Shown: positions 1-10,200 of the stretch, one piece after another
Layout of the letters: the number at the start of each line of letters is the position of its first letter
How positions within the stretch are numbered: position 1 is the stretch's first letter
Source: Saprospiraceae bacterium
GTDB taxonomy: Bacteria > Bacteroidota > Bacteroidia > Chitinophagales > Saprospiraceae
Direction: 5' to 3'
Assembly (NCBI GenBank): GCA_041392785.1
Contig: JAWKLK010000010.1
Span: forward strand, 141,741 to 205,740
DNA: 64,000 nucleotides
The notes under the pieces: model-generated
Seen by the model: the letters and a program-made list of their open reading frames with translations, nothing else
What the model was told of the DNA's origin: nothing
The model's database searches: none
Position numbers and translations under genes: made by a program

Positions 1-12
1 ACATAACCTGAG

Positions 13-834
13 ATGAATTGTATTAGAAACCTGAAGGTAGCTAGTTTTTTACTTTTTGTAATACTACCTATTTTTAACTATGCGCAAACAAAGCAAAAAT
101 TTTCGTTTAAGATTCCACAAGAAAAAATTAATGCACTGTTCAGTGCTCCTCCGGTGGAAGAAAATTTTAATATTTTTCTAGGAATTCCATTAACATTGTA
201 TACACCTGAAGGTAAACCTATTTCATTATACTTTTTTGAAAATAAAAGTATGAGCAATGAAATGAAAACTATATTACCACAGGTAAAAACACTGTCTGGT
301 TATTCTACTGATAATACACAGTATTTATTAAATATAATTCTTGATGGCACTTCCATATCAGGATTTACTATCTTGGAGAATGGATTACCTATACAAATTA
401 AAAAGGAATTAGACCAATATGTATCTTATTATGTCGAGGCAAAGCCTTTTCAATGTGAAGTTACTGATAGTGGCCTAAGGAATTTGCAAAGTGGTAATAG
501 AACCGCTTCAAATGGATCATCACTTAGAACTTATGATTTTGCTGTTGTAATTACAGACGAATTCGAGGCACAATTTGGAGGTGCCGCTGCTGCTATAGGA
601 GTAGTAAATGAAATGAACGTAATTTACAATCGAGAGTTAGCAGTGAATCTCACGGTAACTGTCCGTCCTGAAGATAACACCTTCAATGTTATACCGCCAG
701 GAGGCAGTAGTGCTAATTATGGTGGTACTGTAGTGAGTGCTTATTTTACTTCAAGTGAATATGACTTAGGGCATGTCTTTCATTACTCTACACCTTTTTG
801 GTCTGGACAAGGGAGGTTTAGGCGTAGTTTGTAG
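13..834 (+). CDS. Reprolysin-like (M12B-type) zinc metalloprotease, N-terminal fragment (signal peptide plus pro/N-terminal region); frame breaks near 795-799
   Basis: Opens with a hydrophobic signal peptide (MNCIRNLKVASFLLFVILPIFNYAQT). Its end ...YDLGHVF aligns with YDIGHVFSTGDGGIASIRSVC of the intact paralog at 20959-25296. The alignment continues in the +1 frame (GLDKGGLGVVCSNLGS) of ORF 773-4006. The switch maps to a T5 run at 795-799. Confidence 0.75.
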   Translation: MNCIRNLKVASFLLFVILPIFNYAQTKQKFSFKIPQEKINALFSAPPVEENFNIFLGIPLTLYTPEGKPISLYFFENKSMSNEMKTILPQVKTLSGYSTDNTQYLLNIILDGTSISGFTILENGLPIQIKKELDQYVSYYVEAKPFQCEVTDSGLRNLQSGNRTASNGSSLRTYDFAVVITDEFEAQFGGAAAAIGVVNEMNVIYNRELAVNLTVTVRPEDNTFNVIPPGGSSANYGGTVVSAYFTSSEYDLGHVFHYSTPFWSGQGRFRRSL

Positions 835-3800
835 TAATTTAGGTTCTCCTATCCAAAAGGCTAGAGGATGGTCCCAAGGAGAAGATTTATCCTATTCTTT
901 TGTTTCTACTGTGGTTCACGAAGTAGGACACATGTTTAGTGCTACACACACTTTCAATTCAAATGATGCTACGACATGTGGTCCAAATATTGCCGCAAGT
1001 ACTGCTTATGAACCAGGTTCAGGAACCACCATAATGGCGTATCCGGGAGTATGTTCATCTGGTGGAGGTATTGTGGGTCAAAATATTACTAATTCATCTG
1101 GAGATATCCTTTATCAAAGTTCACCTTATTTTCATATTGCTAGTTTAGAGCAGATGGTGTCTTATATTAATGGTAGTGGAAGTGCGTGCCCTGCTACAAC
1201 GTCCAGCGGAAATACACCTCCAATAGCTGAAGCTAATCCATGCTCAGCCACATCACCTATAACGATTCCAATCAACACACCTTTTGAATTGATTGGCGCA
1301 TATACTGATAATGATGGGGATAATGTGACATATTGTTGGGAGCAGTTTGATGCAGGCCCTCCACACGGTGGTCCATCAGTAGCATGTACTTCAACCACAG
1401 GACCAATTTTCAGAAGCTATCCTCCTAATTCATCACCTAGCAGAACGTTTCCATCCTTACAGTATGTTCTAAATAATGCAAATGTTCCCACACCTGCATC
1501 TGTTGGAGAATGCCTACCTTCAGTAGCAAGAATGTTGAATTTCAAACTGACTGTCAGAGATAACAATGCTGGGGGTGGAGGTATCCATTGTGATGCCATT
1601 CAATTAGCGGTCAGTGGCGCTGCAGGTCCATTGGCAGTTACTGCCCCAAATACAAATGTGACAATCAATGCAGGTAGTAATACCACAGTAACGTGGAGTG
1701 TGAATAACACCAATACAATATGTGGTACAGTAAATATCTTATTGTCCACCGATGGAGGATATACGTACCCATATACACTTAGCACCAATACAGCTAATGA
1801 TGGAACAGAATCTGTAGCTATCCCAGCAAATGCTCCAAACACAGCAATGGCTCGAATCAAAGTAGAAAGCAGTTGTTTTTCTTGTGTAAAATTCTTTGAT
1901 GTATCAAATGTCAATTTTACAATTTCAAGTACATGCCAGGTTGCAGCCAACAACATTTGTTCGGATTCCCCCATCTCTGCACCTGCTGGAGATGCATTGC
2001 TGAATTTAGGCTTGACACAGGCATACGGTAATGCTATCACGTCAAAGACGCTTACTACTGGAGGAAGTACGGTAAATATTGCTTATAATCTATCTCCGGC
2101 CGCCCCTGGACCTGGTACTTGCACGAATGCAAATTTTGGATATTCGCACGCTGCTGTAAGGATAAAGATATCAGAAGCAGGGAGTTATACTTTTAACTTA
2201 GGTTCAGCAAAAGTCTTCTCTGTTTATGATGGATCATACGCGACTGGAACACCTTGTACTAATTATTTAGGCTCAACAGCTTTTGATGCCGATGGTGTGC
2301 CAGGTGGCGGTATTTCAATTTCTAGTCAATTAACTTTAACCTTAAATAATACATGTGGAGAATATACTTTAGTCTTATTTGCCGCTTCTGGAACAACAGA
2401 AACTGTTACCATTACATCTCCATCAGGCGCAATCGTTTACGAGAACATCCCTCAAACAAATCCAGATTACTCTTATACTTATATAGCAGTTAACACATCC
2501 ACTAACGTTATAGATGCTGTTAATGCCACATCAGATTTTACTTCCCTACCAGCAGGGGATTTTTGTGTATATGGTATTCACTATTATTCAGGTTCATCAA
2601 ATCCACCTGGAAATGTGAATCCTAGCACTTTTATTGGTCAAACCATAAATGCTTTACTCGCCGCAGGAAATTGTATGTTGGCATCATCAAACTGTAAGCC
2701 TTTATCTATAACAGGTACTTGCCCAGACTTAAGTGCTACACCTGCTAATGTGAGCATTGTAAACAGCACCTGTATGAGTGGCTGTACCGTAAGTGGTGGA
2801 AGTATTACTGCTCCAAGTGGAACACCATGCCCAACAGAATCAACCTTACAATATTCAACGGACAATGGCTCCAATTGGAGTACAACATTGCCAACATATA
2901 ATCAAGAAGGTCCGGCACAAACCATTATCACACGATGTTTATGTGATTTAGATGGTACAACTGCGAGTCCTTCTTCAGCAGCGATGACTACAGCACCTGG
3001 CACTTGTACTTTCCCTACACAACCCACCATTACAATAGTTGATAATGTCTGTCCAAGTACTGATGGAACAATTTCAGGAAGTGGTTGTGGTGCATTCACT
3101 ACATTGGAATGGGCCACAAATGCGACAGGTCCATGGAACACCACAGCACCAACCTATACAACTACCTCCATTACTGTATTTGCAAGATGTATTGATGATA
3201 TTACAGGTTGTGTAAGTACAGTTGCAATGGAAACCACAGCACCAGTTTCTTGTGGAGCCGATTGCCAAAATATTTTCATATCTGAATATATAGAAGGCAC
3301 TAGCAATAACAAAGCTATCGAAATTTACAACCCTACATCTACGACCATTACATTGACAGGTAATGCAATTTTAAAAATTTACTTTAACGGTGCTACTACA
3401 TCAAGTTCTATGATCAACTTGACAGGAAGTATCCCACCATATGGTGTATTTGTGGTAGCGCACTCAAGTGCAAATGCAACCATTTTAGCTGAGGCAGATC
3501 AAACAACAGGATCACTCACTTTTAATGGTGACGATGCTGTTGAATTGGTATTTTCGGGTAATACATTAGATGTTATAGGACAAATCGGTTTTGACCCAGG
3601 CACTGAATGGGGCACAGGAGTAATATCAACTATGGACAATACAATAAGAAGGAAGTCCACCATAATGCAAGGGGATGCCATAGGATCAGATGCTTTTGAT
3701 CCGAGTATTGAATGGGATGGATTTGCAACTGATAATTTTGATGGGCTAGGAACTCACACTTCTGAATGTCAATCTTGTCCAGATCTCTCAATTACACCTG

Positions 3801-4006
3801 CTAATGTGAGCATTGTAAACAGCACCTGTATGAGTGGCTGTACCGTAAGTGGTGGAAGTATTACTGCTCCAAGTGGAACACCATGCCCAACAGAATCAAC
3901 CTTACAATATTCAACGGACAATGGCTCCAATTGGAGTACAACATTGCCAACATATAATCAAGAAGGTCCGCACAAACCATTATCACACGATGTTTATGTG
4001 ATTTAG
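773..4006 (+). CDS. Reprolysin-like zinc metalloprotease catalytic domain plus Cys-rich modules plus lamin-tail domain; central fragment of the same broken gene
   Basis: HEVGHMFSATH zinc-binding motif at 917-949. GDNVTYCWEQFD segment is shared with the paralog (GDLLTYCWEQFD). Lamin-tail-domain signature CQNIFISEYIEGTSNNKAIEIYNPT...GDDAVEL at about 3263-3655. No C-terminal sorting domain. The stop at 4004-4006 is created by a 1-nt deletion relative to the upstream repeat copy. Confidence 0.8.
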   Translation: MSFITLHLFGLDKGGLGVVCSNLGSPIQKARGWSQGEDLSYSFVSTVVHEVGHMFSATHTFNSNDATTCGPNIAASTAYEPGSGTTIMAYPGVCSSGGGIVGQNITNSSGDILYQSSPYFHIASLEQMVSYINGSGSACPATTSSGNTPPIAEANPCSATSPITIPINTPFELIGAYTDNDGDNVTYCWEQFDAGPPHGGPSVACTSTTGPIFRSYPPNSSPSRTFPSLQYVLNNANVPTPASVGECLPSVARMLNFKLTVRDNNAGGGGIHCDAIQLAVSGAAGPLAVTAPNTNVTINAGSNTTVTWSVNNTNTICGTVNILLSTDGGYTYPYTLSTNTANDGTESVAIPANAPNTAMARIKVESSCFSCVKFFDVSNVNFTISSTCQVAANNICSDSPISAPAGDALLNLGLTQAYGNAITSKTLTTGGSTVNIAYNLSPAAPGPGTCTNANFGYSHAAVRIKISEAGSYTFNLGSAKVFSVYDGSYATGTPCTNYLGSTAFDADGVPGGGISISSQLTLTLNNTCGEYTLVLFAASGTTETVTITSPSGAIVYENIPQTNPDYSYTYIAVNTSTNVIDAVNATSDFTSLPAGDFCVYGIHYYSGSSNPPGNVNPSTFIGQTINALLAAGNCMLASSNCKPLSITGTCPDLSATPANVSIVNSTCMSGCTVSGGSITAPSGTPCPTESTLQYSTDNGSNWSTTLPTYNQEGPAQTIITRCLCDLDGTTASPSSAAMTTAPGTCTFPTQPTITIVDNVCPSTDGTISGSGCGAFTTLEWATNATGPWNTTAPTYTTTSITVFARCIDDITGCVSTVAMETTAPVSCGADCQNIFISEYIEGTSNNKAIEIYNPTSTTITLTGNAILKIYFNGATTSSSMINLTGSIPPYGVFVVAHSSANATILAEADQTTGSLTFNGDDAVELVFSGNTLDVIGQIGFDPGTEWGTGVISTMDNTIRRKSTIMQGDAIGSDAFDPSIEWDGFATDNFDGLGTHTSECQSCPDLSITPANVSIVNSTCMSGCTVSGGSITAPSGTPCPTESTLQYSTDNGSNWSTTLPTYNQEGPHKPLSHDVYVI
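2738..3218 (+). repeat. Direct repeat copy 1 (~481 nt) inside the giant gene
   Basis: Base-by-base comparison with 3794-4273 shows identity apart from one G indel and 4 substitutions near the 3-prime end. The antisense ORFs 2902-3144 and 3861-4199 in the track start with the same peptide, confirming the repeat. Confidence 0.95.
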
Positions 4007-4273
4007 ATGGTACAACTGCGAGTCCTTCTTCAGCAGCGATGACTACAGCACCTGGCACTTGTACTTTCCCTACACAACCCACCATTACAATAGTTGATAA
4101 TGTCTGTCCAAGTACTGATGGAACAATTTCAGGAAGTGGTTGTGGTGCATTCACTACATTGGAATGGGCCACAAATGCGACAGGTCCATGGAACACCACA
4201 GCACCAACCTATACAACTACTGCCATTACTGTATTTGCAAGATGTATTGATAATAATACAGGTTGTGTAAGTA
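3794..4273 (+). repeat. Direct repeat copy 2 (~480 nt), carries the frame-breaking 1-nt deletion
   Basis: ccgcac at 3968-3973 versus ccggcac at 2912-2918 in copy 1. Offset between copies is 1056 nt. Confidence 0.95.
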
Positions 4274-7200
4274 ATAACACATCATCTACTACATCTCCAG
4301 TATCTTGCAGTCCATTTACTTTTACAATAACCGATCCATGCTCTTGTAACAATGATGCAACTGTAGCCGGAGACGATGGCACATTTAACGAAGTCATAAC
4401 AGTAACTGGTCCTTCTGGTTTTAATTTAACTGCAACATGTATAGGTTGCACACCATCAAGTATTACTTTTACAGAAGGTCCCGTTGGAACCTATACTTCA
4501 ATTACATTTACCCATGTCGACAATGTAGGTTATAATGCAAATATATTTGCTGATGGATCAAACATTGGGTCAATAGGAAATAAGTGCGCTTATCCAGATG
4601 TAGCAATTGAGAATATTGGGCCATTTACAGACTGTACAGGCCAACCGGATGTCGAATTAATGGCTATCATTACAGGTGATGACGGAACTGGTAATTACGC
4701 GTGGTCAGGTACAGGAGTAACAGCAAATAATTTTAATCCATCAGGATTATCATCTGGAGTTGTTGTAATTTCATTAGATTATACTGGAGTAAACAACGGC
4801 AATATATCCCCAGATGGTGGTATTACACCAGCCTATCCAGGATGTATCCAACCAGATACCATTCAAGTTATTGTTACTGAAGCTGTAGCCCCTCCTATCA
4901 TAGATAATATTGAAGTTTGTGACGGTGCTAATACTACAATTTCTGTCACTTCCGCAGCTCCGGTATTGACTTCCAATACTTTTAATTGGGATTTTGAAGG
5001 AAGTATAAGTGGGCTTGGTATTTCTCAAAACTCAATGAATGTTGCTAGCGATGCACCAACACAATCTACTGGCAGTGGTTTGACAAATGTCGGATTCCAA
5101 GGAGCTGGGTCAGGTTGCTCAGGTGCCATTACATCTTCGGGTTATGATGTCGCAAATGTAAGCCTTGCTGATGCTGTAACCGATGATGAATATTTTGAGT
5201 TTTGTGCTGGTACTCCATTAGCCGGCGTATCATTTGTAGATGTTACAGCAATGGAATGGAGCCATAGAATTTCTGGAACAGGCCCAATAAATTGGGCATT
5301 GGTGGCATCAAATGACCTAATAACACCTTTACTTACAGGTACTATTGTAGGCACAAGTTGCGTGACAGCAGGTGGTGCGTTTGCCATACCTTCCACTTCT
5401 AATTGTTTTAGAATATACTATTGGGGTGCTACTGGAGGATCGGGAACCCTTAGGATTGATAATATGGTTATCACAGCGAATTATAACGTGCCGTCTGGTA
5501 CTTATAACTTTTACCTTACAAACCCAGATTTAGATCCTTCAGCCATACCAGAATCAACTGGTGTTTCATACGATCCAGGTACCACGGCAGCAACTAGTCC
5601 TCAAACTGTTTGGGTCACTTGTGTAGATTTGGCAAATGGATGCGAAAGTAGCGCTGATGCAGTAGTTATTACTGTAAATGCAAACCCAACATTAAATATT
5701 TCACAACCAGAACCAGTTTGTTCTCCAAATACCATAGATGTTTTAAGTGTAGATCTAGGAGAAGATCCAGTAGGTGGAAATGCAACTTATTATTCATCTA
5801 TGTCAGATGCAGAATCTGCAATGAATGCAATTACAAGTGGATTAGATGCGGTAAGTACGACATCAACCATTTTTGTTAGGTATGAATTAGATAATGGATG
5901 TTTTACAATAGATCAAATAAATGTTGTCATTAACTCAAATCCACCACCACCAGCGGTACCATCAACCATTACAGTTTGTACAGGAGGTAGTACTTTGATA
6001 ACCATAAATACAAACCCTGTCACTGTAACCACAACTTGGGATTTTGAATCTGGTATTACGGGAGATGGAGTTTCTTCTAACTTAGTAATTGCAGGTAATG
6101 GCAATGTTCAAACTGCTGGATCTGGACTAACAAGCGTAAGTGCCCAAGCCGCTGGGTCAGGTTGTACAGCTGCGATTACATCAACTGGATATGATATTAC
6201 AAATACGAGCCTTGCCGATGCAGTAGCTGATGATGAGTACTTTGAATTTTGTATCGGTTCATCTATGGCAGGATTTATGTTTAATGGTGTAACAGGGATA
6301 GATTGGAATCATAGGATTTCTGGAACTGGCCCAATTCAATGGGCTTTAGTAGCATCCACATCACCAAATACTGCCTTACTTTCAGGTACTATCACAGGTT
6401 CAAGCTGCTCAGCTGCTGGTGGAGCGATCACTTTAAACACTGAAACATGCTATAGAGTGTATTATTGGGGGGCAACGAATACTGCAGGTACTTTAAGGAT
6501 TGATAATTTTGTTATTAGCGCACAGTATCAGAATCTAGCAGTTTATAATTGGTACAATGACAATCCAGATACTAACCCTGTGGCAATTCCAATAGCAACT
6601 GGCAATAGCTATGATCCAATGACAACATCCGCAAACTCCCCTCAAACTATATGGGTAAATTGTGATAATGGTTGCATAAGCCCATCATCGCAGATTGTGA
6701 TAAATGCAGGAGTTACTCCTTCAGTGAATCCAGTAGCCAACCAACAACTTTGTAACGGATTTCCAACTACTGCCATAGCTTTTAATGGAACACCAACTGG
6801 GGTAGAATTTAATTGGACTAATGATAATACCAGCATTGGTTTAGCTGCAAATGGTACTGGAAATATTGCTTCTTTTACTGCTGTAAATACAACAACTATT
6901 AATCAAGTTGCCACAATTACAGTAACTCCATCCTACACATCAGGGGGTGTTACATGTGAAGGAACACCTGTTATGTTTACAATTACTGTGTATCCTACTC
7001 CGATGCCAGTGATTTCATACACGGATGATTCAGGTTTAGTAAACAATGATGGGATTATTTGCCAAGATGCAACAGTAACACTAACCGCAACAGGAGGTGG
7101 GTCTTATCTTTGGAGTAACGGTGCTATAACTTCAAGTATTTCAACAAGTACAGCAGGAACTTACTCAGTAACTGTAACAAATAATGGCTGCGTCGGAACA

Positions 7201-10200
7201 ACTTCAGGAGTGGTTATAGTGAATCCATTACCTACACCAAGCATTTCAGTGAGTGAAATGTCAGGCACAGTAGTCAATGATGGAACCATATACACGGGTT
7301 CTTCAGCCACCCTAACAGCGACTGGTGGGGGAACATACCTGTGGAGTACAGGTGCGACAACTCCAAGTATTTCAGTAACACCTTCAGAGACAACCACTTA
7401 TACAGTTACAGTAACAAATGCCAATGGTTGTAGTACTACATCTAGTACGACGATAACTGTCGTTGATCCACCATGTTTATTGGTATGTTCAGGAGATCAG
7501 TCTATCACTCTAACAAACGGGGCATGCGAATACCAATTACCAAATTTAGTAACCGGTGCAGGTTTATGTAATTTGTTTACTATCACACAAGTAAGTGGTC
7601 CTGAACCGGGAGATATATTACCTAGAGGCAGCTATGTAATCACCTATGAATTGGTTTCCAATCTTGGAGAGTTAATAGATGAGTGTACATTTACAGTCAC
7701 TGTTAGCGCCAATCCAGTTGTGATAAATAGCTTGACTTGTAATGGTCACATAAACATTTCATCAGATGAAAATTGTGAGGTTACTTTACATCCTAGCATA
7801 TTTCTAAGTGGCAGCTCATATTCATGTTACGCAGATTATCAAGTCAATATTTGGCCTTTCAATAGTGAAGCAAATGCGATCAATAACGTAGATCAGAACT
7901 CTGGTATCAGTTTACCAACAGGCTCACATACCTATGAAATTGTAGGGCCTTCAGGAAATAGATGTTGGGGTACATTGAGCATAGAAGATAAAATAGCACC
8001 GACAGTTGAATGCAATTGTTCGGGACCTGCACCAGATGTAAGTGCATTTAGAGAGATAGGCAAATTTGGAAATAAGAAATATTACCTATCGAATTCAACG
8101 TATACATGGCAGCAAGCATATGCCCATTCACAAGCAGTAGGAGGAGAAATGCTATGCATCACGAGTGCGGCAGAAAATGCGTTTATAGTAAATACATGGA
8201 CATTGCCAGGCTTTACCGCTCAGCGAACATGGCTGGGAGCCACAGATAATGAGGCATACGGAGGCACAGAGGCAAACAATACCAATAATGGCTGGGTGTG
8301 GGTAAGCGGCGAACCGTTTGTGTATACCAATTGGGCCAGTGGTGAACCAAATGGATTAGCAAATGAAGATTATGTAGAGATGTTTGGCAATGCCGGTACC
8401 CAACCGGGCAAATGGAATGACAATACGAATACGTTTGGGCCATTGCGCTACATAATGGAGGTAGAAGACTGTTCATTCAAATGCTACGACTTATCCATAG
8501 TACAAGGAGAGACAGTAGAAATGCTTTACGGCCTAAGTCAAAATAAAGCAGTCCTCACCACGCCACCGACAGCAACGGATGGTTGTGGAGAAGTCACAGC
8601 AACATTTGAAGATAGTGTCCAAGGAGAACATTGTGGCGACAAAGAATTATTGAGGTCATGGACATTTACAGACAGTTACGGCAATAAGTCTTATTGTACA
8701 CAGACATTTACATTCGGAGCAATCACAGTAAATGATCTTACACCGCCGCAATACTTAGTAGAATTGTCATGTGGAGTCAATACAGACCCTGCGAATATAG
8801 CAGCATTGAAAGATGTAGATTCAAGACCACAGCCATCTAGCAGCACGAATATCGGAGCCTACTATGATGACTGGGCACAGACACCGACAGTAACAGAGTT
8901 ACATGAGGGATATGCACATGGTTACTTCACATACCAACAGATAGGATATGATGGAAATTACCATGCACAGAAAGTAGATCCAAATATCTGCGAAATCTTT
9001 ACAACGTATACGGACACAAACTATCCAGCATGTGGAGCAGGATGTGGCGGCAATATGAAAGTAGTGAGAGAGTGGAGAATTTTAGACTGGTGTTCACAAG
9101 ATGTATTTGGTTACCTACAAGTAATCAAAGCAGTGGATGACAAAGCACCGACTTTTGCAGTGAAAGATGCGACAGTGAGTGTAGATCCATGGGGATGTGT
9201 AGCTACCTATAGAGTAGACAATCCGTGGGAATTGCAAGACAACTGTGCAAAACCAGAGGAATTGACATGGACATTAGAAGTACCAGCGGGCGTAAGCTTG
9301 AGTGGAGTACAAGGGTCTTATGTATTGACAGGTTTGACAAAAGGAACGCATACTATTACGTATATAGCGACAGACTGTTGTGGTAACGTAGGTACAGCAG
9401 AAGCTACGATCACAGTGATTGATGCAAGTGCACCAGTAGCAGTAGCAAAACAATACATAGTGATGAGCTTGACAGGAAGCGGCACGGCAGCAGACGGAGC
9501 GGCAAAACTGTATGGCCACCAATTGGACAATGGTTCGTATGACCACTGTACAGATGTAGCATTTGAAGTAAGAAGAGTAGATGGCGGCTCATGCGGTAAC
9601 GTAGGAGTAAACAACCACAATAACAACAGCACATTCAATGGCAACAACTTCGCAAGTGAAGTACCAGGAGCAGTATGGTTCCACCCAATGGATAGCAAAT
9701 ACACGAATGCAGATGGCAACTTCGATACAGATGGTGGCGAATTCGTAAAATTCTGTTGTGATGATATCCCAGAGGGAGAAGAATATGGCTTACACGATGT
9801 AGAGTTGAGAGTATGGGATGATGGAAACATGAATGGTGTATATGGTGACAACTTGATCATAGACGGCATGAAAGACAATTACAATACCACATGGGTAACA
9901 GTAAGAGTAGAGAACAAATTGGCACCAGTGCTAGTATGTCCAGCAGATGTTACAGTGACATGTGATATGGAGTTGAACTTAAGTGTAGGCAAGGATACGA
10001 AGGTAACAGATGTAGACTTGACAATGACAGGTTATCCAAGTGCATATGACCTATGTAAAGGCTTAGACATCACCTACAGAGATGCATGGATAGGTACTTA
10101 TGATGAGATCTGTAAATCAGGTACAATCAGAAGAACATTCAAAGCAACAAAAGGAAGTGTAAGTGTAACATGTGTACAATACATCACAGTAACCACAGTA

